DNA from: Psammoneis japonica | Lineage: Eukaryota | DNA: 64,000 nt | Reading direction: 5' to 3' | Assembly: GCA_008632985.1 (NCBI GenBank) | Contig: QPGO01000123.1 | Location: forward strand, 124,001 to 188,000 | Shown: positions 45,722 to 60,100 of the stretch, in pieces | How the letters are laid out: each line of letters opens with the position of its first letter | Numbering within the stretch: the first letter of the stretch is position 1 | The notes under the pieces: model-generated | Told to the model about the DNA's origin: nothing | The model's database searches: none | The model's input: the letters and a program-made list of their open reading frames with translations, nothing else | Made by a program: the position numbers and the translations under genes

Positions 45722-45804
45722 TCAATTGAAATGTTGTCTGACCAAGGGTGTTTTGATTTAGATGGTGAAGAGCAACACCCTTGGTCAGACAACATTTCAA
45801 TTGA
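45722..45804. repeat. Perfect inverted repeat, 31-bp arms, 21-nt loop
   Basis: tcaattgaaatgttgtctgaccaagggtgtt / aacacccttggtcagacaacatttcaattga. Confidence 0.92.
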
Positions 45805-46721
45805 TTTCCCCCGAGGAGTTGACATTCGAGTGCGGATGGGTGTGCAGACTGACAACAAACATTTCTGGTGCTCTTCTACACAATTTCTACGCAATGACTC
45901 TGAGAGCCGAATGATTCCTGTTGCTGCCACAATCACCATGGTTGGCGCTGCAGCTGGAAGCCAGAAGAGTTGTTGCAGCTGCTCAAGCACGGCGACTGCA
46001 GCTGTCATGATGTCTTTGAGGGCCATTGTCATCATTCAAGACAGTGGAAGGTTCAGGGTGGTGGAGTCAAACAAAAAATCTGGTCTGGGGCCAGGCGAGA
46101 CAGACATTTCTGGGGGTGGGCTCGAGACGTGCACGAAGCGCCAAGAAAGCCTGCACTCATTTCAGCTGCAGCTTTGCACAAAAATTTGCATTTTGACCTG
46201 ATTTTGCCCCTCTCACATGCAGAACCCTTGCTTGTCAAGTTGGCAAGATGACAACATCATGTGATGTGCAGAACTCTGTGAGTGTCCCGAAGAGTGTGAC
46301 ACTTGTCAGAGCGTGGCCACATGCATGTTGCCCACACCCCTCTGTGTGTCTGTGTGCTTTCACATTTTTTGAAAATGAATGTCTCACTTGTTGGGGTTGT
46401 TGCTGATTTGTTTCAGGGATGGCAGCAGCATTCAGCATGTCCCCTCTCTAGCAGAGAGAGTGCAGCATTCACCAGAATCTACACAATGCTTCGATGCGAA
46501 GAAACCCGGAAAACAGAAGCACGATTCAGTGACGTCAGATCGTGATGAGGACCCTCTCTCTTCCGCCACGCACAATAAAAACACGCAACACCGCAACACC
46601 GTCATCCCTCATTCCCTCATCCTTTCAGGCATCACACGAGAAGCGACGGAAATGGCGGCGTGTGCTCTACAGAGTGTGTCAACGACAAGGTTAACGGTCA
46701 GTCTCTTCTTTTCTTTTTAAC

Positions 46722-47330
46722 ATGCAGGTTTCAGCAGTGCCAGTGAAGATGCTACTACGAACCGCGGCAGCTTCATGTGCCATGTTCTCGTTCATATTCT
46801 CCGATCCTGCTCACGGCGACACAGGTTGGGATGGTTCTCGTTTGCAAGCTTGCCCATACGAAAGCAATTGCGTGTCCAGCAACTATCAAGAGCCTCCCAA
46901 TCGCTACGTTTCACCTCTTTTCACGTACAGAGATCAACAAACTGCTTTTGATCGCGCCGTTCGTGACTTGTCGTCGTCGTCATCCACCGGCAAGGCTACC
47001 ATTGCGGAGGTCATCCCCAAGGACTACTACATTCACGTGACGGTTCCAGGGACATCACCTGGATCTCTTGACGACATTGAGTTGCTCTTTGGAAACGAAC
47101 ACATTGTGAATTGGCGGTGTCAGGCTCGCGTGACGCTACCACCTCCGCCGTTTTGTGTCAAGAAGAACTGCATCAATGGCAACATGGATCAACGAGAACG
47201 AATAGAACATATTGGACAAGTCCTAGGATTGCCGCAAGCCAATCAAGATAGAATGACACAATCTGCAAAATGGAGTCCTATATTCTTTAATTCAGATCGA
47301 GTGCCGGGCTTTGACGATGATGACTATTGA
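46722..47330 (+). CDS. DUF1499-family protein (true start may lie upstream, near 46652)
   Basis: LQACPYESNCVSS, DYYIHV, DDIELLF and QRERIEHI match the DUF1499 pattern. Confidence 0.75.
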   Translation: MQVSAVPVKMLLRTAAASCAMFSFIFSDPAHGDTGWDGSRLQACPYESNCVSSNYQEPPNRYVSPLFTYRDQQTAFDRAVRDLSSSSSTGKATIAEVIPKDYYIHVTVPGTSPGSLDDIELLFGNEHIVNWRCQARVTLPPPPFCVKKNCINGNMDQRERIEHIGQVLGLPQANQDRMTQSAKWSPIFFNSDRVPGFDDDDY

Positions 47331-47901
47331 GTATACATCTGTCATCAACAGGCTCATGATTCAGCGACTGCGAGAAAATGGGATGTTTATGGAGATTTCC
47401 GAGCTTATCGTTTTGGATGTGTGTTGCCATTGCCTGTCCAACCAGTGGCTTTTATCAACCTTATGCCTTGTGAGTAGTTTGACCACAAGACGAAAGTGGG
47501 TCTGCATCCTCATAGTGCACCACTCGTCATCGATCTATGACATACGGCAACACTTAACTCTAAACACGCCTTTAAAAACAAAGGGACAATCCAACATGGA
47601 TAGAGTCTCATCACCAAAAACTCTTGAAAGTACCAAGGTAGGCTCAAGGTTCAACGCCACAAACTGAAGAATAGTGTTCAAGACTGTCATGTTGTTGAAG
47701 AAACAGCCAAATAGAACATCACTGCAACAAGTGAAAAGACTATGGGAGAGGAGGGGTGGTTTCTCATTTCATATTCGTGAGAGCCTACAAGATGCTCTTC
47801 GTTTTTCAAACTTCCTTGTTTTATCCCAGTTTATCCTTCAAGTAATATTTGGTTTTCGATAGTGCGATTGCTTTTCCCTGGTACTATTCGTTTTCTTGTC
47901 T

Positions 47902-48288
47902 CTACACGATCTGAGTTCCGGTGTATTGATGCCGGGCGTCAGTTTCGGAAGTTGCATATTCCGGTGTGAATCTCATTACATAGTCCCACGTCAATCCTCC
48001 GCAACCAATACCCATGACAAGGCCCGCCCAGTACCCAAGATTCACATGAGCTGCTTCATTCTCCGACCAACATGGACCATCATCAGGATACAAAGACCAA
48101 TGGTGCCGCGAGCAAAGAATGGTTAATGGTAAGTAGAGTAATAGAAACCCACCGAGAAAAATCACGCCAAAAATCAAACGGAGTAGCTTTCTGTGCTCCT
48201 CCGGCAGCAGCCTCCGTGTCGTCAGTGAAGCACAGCAGCCAATGGGCGCCCCAACTGGGCAAGCCATTGTGCAACAACACATTCCCAT
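47902..48288 (-). CDS. Small hypothetical membrane protein (two TM segments)
   Basis: 128-aa ORF with two hydrophobic helices, normal Tyr content, CpG-rich upstream region. Confidence 0.5.
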   Translation of the reverse strand: MGMCCCTMACPVGAPIGCCASLTTRRLLPEEHRKLLRLIFGVIFLGGFLLLYLPLTILCSRHHWSLYPDDGPCWSENEAAHVNLGYWAGLVMGIGCGGLTWDYVMRFTPEYATSETDARHQYTGTQIV

Positions 48289-48429
48289 GGTGATCTCACG
48301 TTTCTCAAAAGCAGAATTTGTTTCATGTGCACCCCTATGAGAATGCGAAGCGCTGAAGTTCAGTCGTGATTTGAAGTCGCGCTTGGTCGCGCAAACTCAA
48401 AACAAGCAAAGCGCGCGAAGCTAAATTCA

Positions 48430-50110
48430 TTGTGTGAGAGACAACAGATCAAAGAGAGCAATGATGTGTTTCACACCAACACTTACTTGAAGCGTTGCTG
48501 TGCGCGTGACAAGCCGAACTGGGAAAGTTCATCCATTTCGCAACACATGAACAAAACCTCCTCAGTTGATGCAAACACAAAGCGAAACTGCAAAAACTGC
48601 TGTGAGGTGACAGCAACAACACCTCAGATTTTTCTTTCTTCTTCCACCCGACAGGGCTCCAATGGAATCCATCGATCAAATCTCCTTTGTGCCATGACCA
48701 GGATTGTTGCAGGACCTGTCAGCAGCAACCTCATTGCTGTTCTCAGATGCAGCAAATGTGGCTCTTTTGATGAGACAGGCCCACCTGGCAATTTCATGCA
48801 TCGAGGCTGTCTTCGTGTCTTCTTCGCCAACCTGTGCCTGCACCCTGCTTTCGCAAATGTTTCCATCAAGCTTCCAGTGCCAACAAACAACACTGTCCTT
48901 AACTTTGGACTTGCATCAGAAGCTCCCAAGTGTCAGATCTGAAAAGAGATGACAGTGGTGTGGCGCGAGACATCCTTCGCTTTCTTTGTTGCACAAGCTC
49001 GCAACGATGCATCGCACCTGGTTGTCAAAAAAAAATGGCATCACCAGCATTGAGCAGAGCTGCCACTGGCACTGCAAAGCCAGACAAAGATGCTGCAAAA
49101 AGCAAAAACTGCTCTGCAATGACAACAGATTTCCAAAAACAAGCCAAAACATCAACTTTGCAACTGCAGCTGAAAGGAGAAGGGGGTGTGAGATGAGCAA
49201 ATCAGCTTTTGCAAACCAAGAAACTTTGCAAACACATGCCAGCCATGAAAGCAAGTGCTTTGGCAAAGAAAGCCCATCTGTTGCAAAAAAGCGCACCCCC
49301 CATTGAGCCCACTCTGTCAGCCAGCTGTGAAGTGGTGGTGTTTGTTGCTCAAAACTCTTCTTGTGGCTGTGCCAGCACATCTTGCGTGGGCAAATTCTCA
49401 GAAAGTTTGGCAGCTTTGTCTCACACTCATGAGGAAAAAAGTCACAGTGTTTGTCTCAGAGACAGTGGTCCAAAACACTTGAGTTTGGGCCATTGGTCAC
49501 TGATGGATTTTTTGACTCACCGGTTGAAACAAAAATTTCTGCCACCTTGCACGTGTGGTGGTCAGAGCAAGATTTCCAGAGACAGAGGACTTTCTGCAAG
49601 GTGTGCCTGACATGATTGGCTCCTCATCGACTGTGATTCCCTTGGGGGCTGAGCATTGGCCAGAGCTCAAGTGAGAGGTGTGCCGTCTTTTCAATCATGC
49701 ACAGTTTGTTGGTGGCCTGCTGTGATGGAGTCATGTGGGCATGGCATGCAAGAAAGTTTGCTTTGTGTGGTGCTCAAGTCACCCCATTTGCTGACATGTC
49801 TTTGCAACAATGACACAAATGCACCATCTTCTTCTTGATGGATGATTCTCCATGAAAAAGACTGCACTCAGAACAAACCTCAATGACATTGACTCTGTGC
49901 AAGGCAGTTCCAACACTCATTGGCATTGGTTGTCTCTTTTGTTTCAATGGAGTTCTCGGTGTCTTAGAAGGCTGGAAGAAACAGAGTGCTTGTGTTTGCA
50001 ATGGCCAATGCCACGGCAATTTGGATTGCAATGCATCAAAGATTTTTGGGGCAACACAGCACAGCAACATCTTAAAGTTGACACAGCAAACCGTTTGTGA
50101 CTTAGTTCGA
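48430..50110. other. TpA/CpG-depleted hypermutated relic
   Basis: TA nearly absent over ~1.7 kb. Confidence 0.8.
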
Positions 50111-50284
50111 TTGTGAAGACCAAACGTCTCTGTTTCTAGTTTTTTTTTTTTGGGGGGGGGGGGAGGGGGGATCTAAAAATTCCAAGACGAGATAGACTGT
50201 TGGAGGCCGAGTCTGAGACACTTTTCGTAGCAAAATTATGAAGCTCAATGCGAGCTTCCTAAAAACTAAAACTGAAAATGCATT

Positions 50285-51807
50285 CTAATGTGACTGACTG
50301 TTGTAATCCTCCATGAGCGCACCAATTGAATCAATAGATTCCATCTCATAGCATTCCTTTTGTTCATCATTGCAGAAGTGGTTTACTTTCCCGTCAGTGT
50401 CGTAACCATCAGGAACAGCAAACGGGGTGCTCTTCGTCATTTCTTCAACCGTAGCCTGCAAAGCATAAATGGCATCCGGCTCGCTGTCAACCACTACTCT
50501 CTCCCTGTTTTCATACACATTGCCATCGTGCTTCCAGTGCCTGCTGTAGGTGACAAACAACAAAGTTCTCAAATTTGGACTCTCGTTGGCTCCACCTCGA
50601 TGCCAGATCTGATTGTCCGAGAGACCTTATTTAGACGACATGCAATCATCATCACTATCATATCACGCACAATGATACATCATACCTGATTATCCCAGAA
50701 AATGACGTCCCCAACATTGAGCAGCACAGATCGAAACATGCTGTCTGGGCAAGTTTCGCTATCCTCAATCTCCATGATGTACTCATTATAGAGGGCGCCT
50801 TCCGCATAAAGAGATGGATCCTTCACTGGTGGATATTCGGGCATGCCATTCACATAAGAGGAACCAATACAAAACTCTGTTGGTCCCATGTCCTCGGTGA
50901 CATTCACTATGGGTGAGTACATCGAAATTTGAGTTGGTGGCAAGTCGTGGCCAGCGATTCCGTACAATGTCCGAAAAGCGTCGTCCTCCCCAAAGAGGTA
51001 TTCATCGTCGTGATGCCACTTTTGATACCCAGAGTGTGGGTTGGAGCTAACCACGCCCAATCCATCAATAATCATGTGTGGTCCGAGGATTCTGTTGTCA
51101 TCATCAGCGATTACTTCCAACACGTGGGGATTCAAGAGGAACTCGGGATTCGCCAAATGCCGAGGGAACAGAACTTCCCATCTTCCTGTTTGACGTTCTT
51201 CCATGAATCCTCCACCATATGATGGATTCGTCGTCCGCCCGGTTCGATTGATACGCCCCTCATGAAGACCCATCAAAAAGTCTGAAACCTCCTTTTTGTA
51301 CTTTTCAATGAATTTAGGATCAAACATGTTACGAACCACCATTACTCGACACTTCAAGAGAGTATGTCGAGCTTCCTCCGCACTGTAATGGGGATCACTC
51401 AAGTCATGTTCCCACTCCATACACTCGGGGTCACCTACAACGTCCATAAAGCCGCGAATATGGCGATCCGCAAACAACGGATCACCATCTTTGGTGACAT
51501 ACCCTTCCTCCATCCATCCCTCTATAAACTCCTTGTGCTCATCAGACCAGCCATCATAAAGGTCTTCTTTAAGAATTGTTTCTCTTTCGGAATTTACAAT
51601 CTGTTGAATCTCTTTCAGCTCCTCCGCAGAAAAAGCTCCTCGAAACAACGACAGCGTCTGCGCATCAGAATCGGGTTTCCCTTGCAAAAGAATCTTGATG
51701 GCCGCATCTATCTCCTCCCTCTTTGTAGCATCTTGTGCCTTGGCACAAGGAACAATCGCCAGAGCGACAGCCATGCACATGACGGCAAGCAGCAGCGTCT
51801 TTGTCAT
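50285..51807 (-). CDS. Secreted PhyH-like Fe(II)/2-oxoglutarate dioxygenase; intron 50609-50685
   Basis: Signal peptide, QKWHHD (HxD), GPTEFCIGS, GDVIFWDNQ|IWHRGGAN..R; the GT..AG intron restores frame. Confidence 0.88.
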
Positions 51808-52079
51808 TGTTGATTTAGCTCTCTCGTGAAGAGTGCGAGACGAAACCCGATTCGTGAGTTTCGTCATGGTGAATGGTGAGACCTTCGAGCTTCGAGCAGT
51901 AATCGCAAAAAATGGCGATAAAAGTTTCGGTCATAAAATAGATATTCAAGGTTATATGAATTTTGCGAACTCCAAGATGATATAATATTCATATATAAAT
52001 ATATATTATTACATAATGTCAGACACAACATTGGCAAATATGCATTACCGTAAAAAAATCTGTCGTCGACATGCAGCAA

Positions 52080-52800
<721 letters not shown>

Positions 52801-53020
52801 GCAAAAAGGGCGCCCAACTGGCGGCAACCGAAATTTGAAGTTCCACGCGCGAAGAATCATCAAAATCGGCGCGACGGTGCCGCCGACGATTTGGATATGA
52901 CTGCATGAGAGACTGACTGACTCGTCGGCATTAAGCGACGCACTTGATTGTGACTATCTTGCGTTGTATGAAAACACCTTATGAAGATCGTGTCACAATG
53001 GCATTACAGCAGTAACAGTC

Positions 53021-54193
53021 ATGACGGAGCAGTTGAAAGCGATCTTTCCAGCTCAATCAGCGGAAGAGTTGCGAGAGATTCTTTCTCGTCATGAAAATGA
53101 CGTTGCAGCTGCGGTAGAGGCCATTTTGCAAGAGCAAAGCGAGTCTTGCGATGACCAAACGACGACTACGACGACAAGAGAAGTCACAATACAACACAGT
53201 CCTGATGAAAGACAATCACCTGTTCAAACTGCTTGGTGGGAATCTCCAACCATTTGCACTCCACCACCGGATCGCCCCCAACAGAACGTCTCGAGCGAAC
53301 CATCCGCGGGACGTCATCAAAAACCAAGTGGAGGACCAAGAATTAGCCGAGTTACAAGAAGAAGAAGAAGCTCATGTCAAGGCGGCTCTGGAGGCATCCA
53401 TGAATCCATCGGATCGGGGAAGACTCGCGGGTCTTGGTGATTTAACGGCGGGTCAACCGATATCCGACGAGACACTCCGTGAGCTCATGAGAAACCCCGT
53501 GTTTGTGGCACAACTCGACAAGGATCTCAAGGCGGCGATTGAATTACAACAACAGCTTGATTCTGAAGAACGACAAGAACAAAGTAATGGTAGTGATGGG
53601 TGGTCGGATCGACCTGCCACGTCGTCGTCGGTGCGCGAACGGTTGTTTTCCATAGTTGGCGCATCCTTTTTGAAACGGCCAAGTCAAGACGAAAATGTTG
53701 TACAAGTAGAACACAATCGATTCAAGGAAGAACATCAAAAGACTATACAGGAACTGGAACGTGTCAAGAAAGAAGCAGAAGCCGCTTGTATGCAAGCCAT
53801 CAAGGATCATTTGGCTGCGTTTCTACAAGAACATCCAATGGGTACCTATGAGCAATGGATTGAAGAGTTGCACCCCGAAAAACGCCGAGAGCGGCGAACT
53901 CCTCGAGGGCTTATCCAAGACAATTGATTTTCGGTTTTATGTGGAAGATAGCGATCATCGTATCCTGTGGAACGATTCCATCATGGACTCGGGTCGCCGT
54001 TATGTACCTGCGAAACATTATTATGGCACCGACACGATTGACCTGCTTGCCGACACTAATGGCAATCAAGAAAATGTATCGCTGGCTCCACATCGACACG
54101 AAAAAACACTTGTTCTCTGCATCAGCAGCACAGAATGAGTCTTCCTCCTCGACTCCAGAGGGTGATGGAGATCTCATATCGTTTGATCACTGA
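53021..54193 (+). CDS. CUE- and UIM-like ubiquitin-binding protein; about three apparent frameshifts
   Basis: LKAIFP..LREILSRHENDVAAAVEAIL (CUE), EEAHVKAALEASM (UIM-like), coiled coil, YEQWIEELHPE..IDFRFY spread across successive frames. Confidence 0.7.
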
Positions 54194-54256
54194 TTACGAT
54201 GTTTGAGGATGGAAACATCATCTTTCAAACTGCCATGTTGAAACAAAAGACACAGT

Positions 54257-54625
54257 GATGCAATCTCTTGCGTTTTCCCTTTCCATATCGCAGACTGCGC
54301 AGTCAATCACACGTGTACTGTATTCCATTCGGTGGTGGCTCTTTTCGGAAGTAAACACGAGAAGATTGTTATAATTTTGAAAGCCACTTTGCGCCACTCC
54401 TCCTCGACTCGAGCGGGTGATGGAGAACTCATGAGGTTTGGTCATTAATCAGAATGCCTGACTTGTGTAACGGGATGCAATCTCTTGCATTTTCCTTTTC
54501 CAAATCGCAGACCGAGTCAATCACACCTCTACCGAATTCCATCCTTTTGCCCGGTGGTGGCTGTCAGCAGTATCCACTAACAGATTGTTCCAATTTGCAC
54601 CGGCCACCTTGCGCCACTCCTCGGA
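54257..54625. repeat. Diverged tandem duplication of a ~150-bp unit (54257-54408 and 54474-54625)
   Basis: gatgcaatctcttgc..cgcagac..gtcaatcacac..cggtggtggct..ttgcgccactcctc occurs in both copies. Confidence 0.8.
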
Positions 54626-55283
54626 CCGCTATTCATGACTTCATTGAAATATGGTTTACGGCAGACCTGAGTTTGCTCTCTTGCTACCGAGAAGGTGATG
54701 AACTCGCTGATTCAAGTCGTCCAGGCCCAACGCTGTACCAGTCATAAGGCTAGTACCGTTCGAGTCTCGGAAATACTGTCTCTTAGCAGTTCACCAAGAT
54801 GGCTTGAATTCTCGCTTTTGAACGTCAGTTCGATCCAGGTCTACAACATCTGCAAGGTCAACTCTTCATCGTTGATAGTACTGGAATCATGACATTGCCT
54901 CCAATGTTGTCTAGCAGAGCTCGCATTCTATCGTAGTGTACTGGGGATCTTGCTTGAACGACGACCCTGAAACACGGGTAAATCAATCATCTGGATACTC
55001 GGAATCTAGCGACAACTGAAATGGAAGCGCAGCAAAATATGAATTAGTTAAACTGGCCTGAACCATCTCCTTGCACAACATCCAGTGGATATATCCAACT
55101 CTTCTCTCCGTGCGTTTCCTCAGACGAGCCACAGGCCGTTCACACTTAATGGACCATCCTTTGAATCGCATCGATCTTTGCAAATGCTTTTGCCGGTCGA
55201 TCGAATCGTATTCGCCGAGGTAGCGACAAATATGAATAATTCAATAGGAGCAACCCTTGCTTCCGAGCTTGCCAAGGTCTCTA

Positions 55284-56735
55284 CTAATCATGTTTTGGAA
55301 TTTCACAGTGCAAGGGCGACCGAAAAGTGCCATCATTACCTCTCAATACATAGTGATTGTATTCATACAATTCACGGACGAGATCTGCAGACGAACACAT
55401 GGCCATAGGACCAGATCCAATGTAGCCACCATTGGCGTGAGCTGCCAGGGCCAGATCATGAAAGAAACCCTTTAATGCGAACGGACCATGCTCGTCAAAA
55501 AGCCCCTTCTCTTCCACATCATGTGTGGCAACAACTGGGCTGCATTTTGTGTTTTGAGGTATCCAGACCCTCAACTGTTCCAGAGTAGCGTTACGGTCTG
55601 ACAAAAGATATATTTTGCACTTTTCGAGGTTTGTGCCAATAACTTCATGTTGATGGATGATGTCTTGGATACATTGTTTCTCTTTCGATACGTCAGAGCC
55701 ATCGATATCACCCTGTATGTAGTTAGAATGAAAACAATTTGAGCAGAAAAGAAAGATTCGATACGTGGTGAAGCCGCGTTCGCGAAAAGTTCATTTACCC
55801 TGACATGTCTTGAATGGAGTGCTATAGAGATCTCGTCCTTGCCACCCACAACATCTGGCGATGGCTTGACGCTATCGAGAAATGGAAATATTTCATGAAA
55901 CAACATACCATACAAATAATAGATTCCCATCGAGTATAGCTCTTTCAATCGCGTAGCTGCCACCCTGTGCATGATTTGACGTTGTTGATAGAACAAAGGT
56001 AAAGCTATAAGTCTTGATACTGGCACCCAAACTTGATTGTTGTTGAGGAAGTGAAATGTTTTGTTCCTGTAATCCACCGTATCGATGCGAGAATGGAAAC
56101 CCTTCACCTGATCCCTGTGTCCAAAAGTTAAATTGAGTCTTCTGCCCCACTCATCATAGGAGGGAATCCACGGCGCTCTCTCGACTACTGCACCGCAATT
56201 GTCTAGAGCATTAATTTCATTGTTGCACCACAGGTCCGGTCGTCCATTTCCAAGGGCTCTACAAGTTTCCGCATCATGGAATTTCCAGGTGATGGTGTAG
56301 TTGTGAGCAATAGCTAGAATGATACTGTTGAAGAACTCGTGAAGACGATTGCCAGCCGCATTTGGGCAAGCATATAGTCCAATCACAAACGTCCTGTTGT
56401 GAATACCACCATTTTGATGTTCACTGTAAAGTACACTTTCGGAATGATGTTGTTGGTATTCTTTCAACATTTCAAGGGGGTTCGACGAACGCTTTGAGCC
56501 TGCATTCTGGCTCAACAAAGAGTCTTGATCTACTTTCAATGTGGCAAGAATTTCGTTGTCACTACTCCCCCTTCAATGAACCTTGTGTTTCAACATTGTT
56601 GGTGACGAATACAATTGCCATGCCCGACAGAATCAAAGTCAACTTCACAACTAAAGCAACTACTCTTCCGAGACGTCGGAAACATTTACGTTGCAGGATC
56701 ATCCTCCTGGTTGTGTTAGATGGGGATTGAATCAT
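55284..56735 (-). CDS. Fucosyltransferase-like (GT-B) type II membrane protein; intron 55713-55798; frameshift near 56570
   Basis: N-terminal TM, YACPNAAGNRLHEF, IALHSRH, IYLLSDR, EHGPF; splicing joins ORFs 55571-56539 and 55284-55604. Confidence 0.75.
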
Positions 56736-57198
56736 CGAGAGGAAAAGTTTCTTGCCGTCAATAAAAAGTAAAAAGTTGACCGAGTGTTACAAACCAGAGT
56801 CAGACCAAAAGATTACATTCCTGTGGTGAGCAATGGAGTTGGGGCTTTTCAATAAGAGATTAGATGTGCGAAAGGTTGCTTCCAAAGAGAGAAGAAGAGA
56901 AAGTGAATGATAAGGATAGTGTTGTAGGGCCTTGTACAGCACGTTCAACGGTTGACCCCAGAGAAACGCATGCTCAATGCGCGAGGTGTGCGCGAGAAAA
57001 CCACAGTGATCGCCAAGCAACATGGACTTTGTGCCTTTCAAAATCTCGGTTGCTTTTGCGCGCAGCGCACAAACGCAGCGGAACTGAAAAAAATTCTCTG
57101 CCGAAGACTCACTCCGACATGACGGAGTGAACAGCAACAGGCACCGGCAATCCATACGGACCATCCGAAGCTCACTGTCGCTACATAGTCTTTATAAG

Positions 57199-60100
57199 AT
57201 GGGTGTACAACTAGGCTCTAAGCTCCTGCATATGCTGGGAGGCCTGACGTTTTCGCAAATTGTCTCGTTGTGCTGCAAGAGGGCGGAAGATGCATGCCGC
57301 GTGGGTTCGCCGGCTGTTGCTGCGGACATGTCGTGGCTTTGTCACAAACTCCGCAAAACCACCATTGCCAATACAAGAACTTGCACATCAGAATTTGCAT
57401 TGAAGTTCATTGGTGAAGGTTTCGTCTTCTACGTGGCGTTTGATCCAGATTGTCGCCATCATGTGAAAAAGGCCTCCATGCGGCGTGAATTCGATCGTCA
57501 GCATAGTGTGGCCGACTGCATCGGTGCGAAGACTAAACTGCTTCAGATCTCTCGTATTCTTTGTGAAGAAACATGTCAAAATGAAGGGGAGAAGCACATC
57601 TTGAAGAGTCAGCTTGAAGATTTGGAAAAAAGGGTCAAGAAAGCAGAAAAGGCTGGTGCAGAAGCTCAGCGGCACCCAGAAATTATTGACAGTGCGCGAA
57701 GAGCCATGGAGGATCTGGCAGTGTTACACCCTGGAAAGGTTGTGATTGTTGCAGGGAAGTTTCAGGCTGACAGTTATGTTCAACATCTGTTGACAGCCAA
57801 GACCGTAGATCTGGCCATTGGGAATGACACCGACTTCTCAATCATTTCTGGAGAGGCATGTTTGCAACTGTCAAGCTTCAGCATTGCTGTTAAACAAAAC
57901 AGACGCCGCAATGAAGCAGAAATTAAAGAAGGAATGGTTGCAACTGGGTCGAGTTGCACAATCCAAAACGTCCGTGGGCATCTTGGCAACGCCGTTGGGA
58001 ATTGCAGGGCCGCGGACCTCCCTTCACTTGATGGCATCACTGATCTCCGAACTCGTTGTTTGATTGCGGCATTGTTTGGAAACGACACTTTCCCAAAAGA
58101 ATTAAAGAGTCTGACATTCTTTAAAAACATGGGGCCGGCTGCAGTGCGTGACATGATCCATCGCATTGGTCGAGACGCTGATGGCAATGTTCCTTTTGAG
58201 GAACTGCTGTCGGAAGCCTTGGGTGCGGCAACCCGCAAGAAAGACGCGTTGAATGCAGCGGCACAGAAAGAAGGTGCATCAGATGCTGCAGTGCTCAAAC
58301 AGCAGCAGCACGCAAGACTGGTCGAACTGACACGACCAGTCTTGAAAGCTCTTGTGGAAGCGATGGCGCATGAGCCAGCGACAGTCGCTCAGTCTGGAGA
58401 AATGCTGTGCTCTGTTTGTCCACCAATCGGGCCAGCAGATCACTGCATTGAAGACTTTGTCAGTGGAGATGACATTGGACCAGTCACACGTGAATGTGAG
58501 CTTGGAACTTGTCCTGGCCCCTGTCCCTCTCACGGCCACATTCACATGACGGGAGAGGGCAACCGAGAGTGTGGAAAATGCGGAAAGACGTTTTGCCCAA
58601 TGTGTGCAGTTACAAACGAAGACGAATCTGGAAGCACCGACGTGGTGTGCATCCCTTGTCTTGGAGCCACAACAGATTCTGTAGATCCTGCATCCAAGTT
58701 GTCAGAGAATGCATTGCGGGAGGCGCTGAGCGACAAAATTGAAGTGCCGGCTGACGTGCCGATGGCGGATCTCCAGGAACTGTACGTTGGCATTGTGGAG
58801 GGCGACTCAATGGACTCTTTGGATTCAAAAATGTTGGAGCAAGTGCGGCATCCATTGTGCCACCCAAGAGCACTAGATTCGAATGAGAAAGTGTTGGATT
58901 TTGTGGCTGATTTTGACTTTCGAGATGGCGCTCGCTTTCTTCGTGATCGTGATCTCACCTGCATGCAGCGTTGTGGTGTCATGAACCTGTTGGCAGACCT
59001 TGTCACATTTGGGAAGAACGAAAGCTTGCCAAAGCATGCAGAGGTGCTACCATCGCTTGTCTCAAAATTCGCAAGCGAAGCAAGAGTCGACAGCGGAGAG
59101 CGTTTGATGAAGCGCTGCGTGCAACACGCTCTTGACCCGAAATCGCCATCAATGCTCCATGCACATGGCAGCACAACAGAGCACAATGGAGAAATGGGCC
59201 TCACAACACATGACAAAATATCACCATCGTTCAAGGATGGCATGCACGCCGCATCATCGGTGTTTGCTGCATCCGATTTGTTGGCCAATGGATGCGAGTG
59301 TAAAGCTGGAGCGGAAAATCAGTCAGTGGTGGCAGAGGTTGGCGGGACCAGCACCGATGATGCGGGAAAGCACGTGTGCGCACACTGCCTTCCGGTGCCG
59401 TGTGAGGTCACAATTCTTTTGATGGACGGTCTAGCAGAACACGCTCTTGTTGAGTTCTCGTCGTGTTTTGGCTGTCACGAGGAAAACAGCCTAGATGTTT
59501 CGGACAAAGAAAAATTGAGAATGTCTGTTCTAACGCTGATGGATGCCGCTAGTTTTAAGAGTGCCGATTCTCTCCAATCGAAGTCGCCACATGAGCTGCT
59601 GCAAGCATTCACGGTTGGCACAGAGAGGGGCAAGAACAAGCCACCCGACCCACCTGACCCTGAAAAGTTGGGCCCAATGCGGAACTTCAAAAGAGTTTCA
59701 CCAGAGGAAAAGGCAAAAACAGCATTGAAGATGAAAGAAGAAAAGACGGCAGCATCAACCACGAATGTGGCAAATGAATCGGACACCTTGCCCGAACCAG
59801 ATCATCTGACAATGTCGCGGCTGTGCCGCACCTTCGCCAAAGTTCTTGCTGACAACAAAAGCTTGGATGAGACAATGATTGTCGGGCATCGTTTGCTTGA
59901 CCTGCGTGCAAAGAAAGTTGGTGCAACTGATGCTGCTGTTTCTTTGGTGGATGCTGGGCTAAGGCCGAGGGTCAAACAACTGTTCCAAGCAGCAAGAACC
60001 CGTGTGGATCCATGAACAAAAGCAGCAGAGGCAAAAAGGAAACTCGCAGCAGAACATTCGGAGGAATCAGAGTTGCAACTGGAGGCGCAACCAAATGATG

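Larger units (their letters stand above)
43570..46470. other. TpA/CpG-depleted hypermutated domain
   Basis: ~2.9 kb with very few TA/CG; begins with (CT)n/(AG)n/(CTGG)n microsatellites at ~43598-43660. Confidence 0.8.

Noticed and set aside
43543..46545. Many overlapping His/Cys-rich ORFs on all six frames here and in other TA-free domains
   Set aside because: Artefact of TAA/TAG loss and TG/CA excess; no family motifs and almost all end in TGA.
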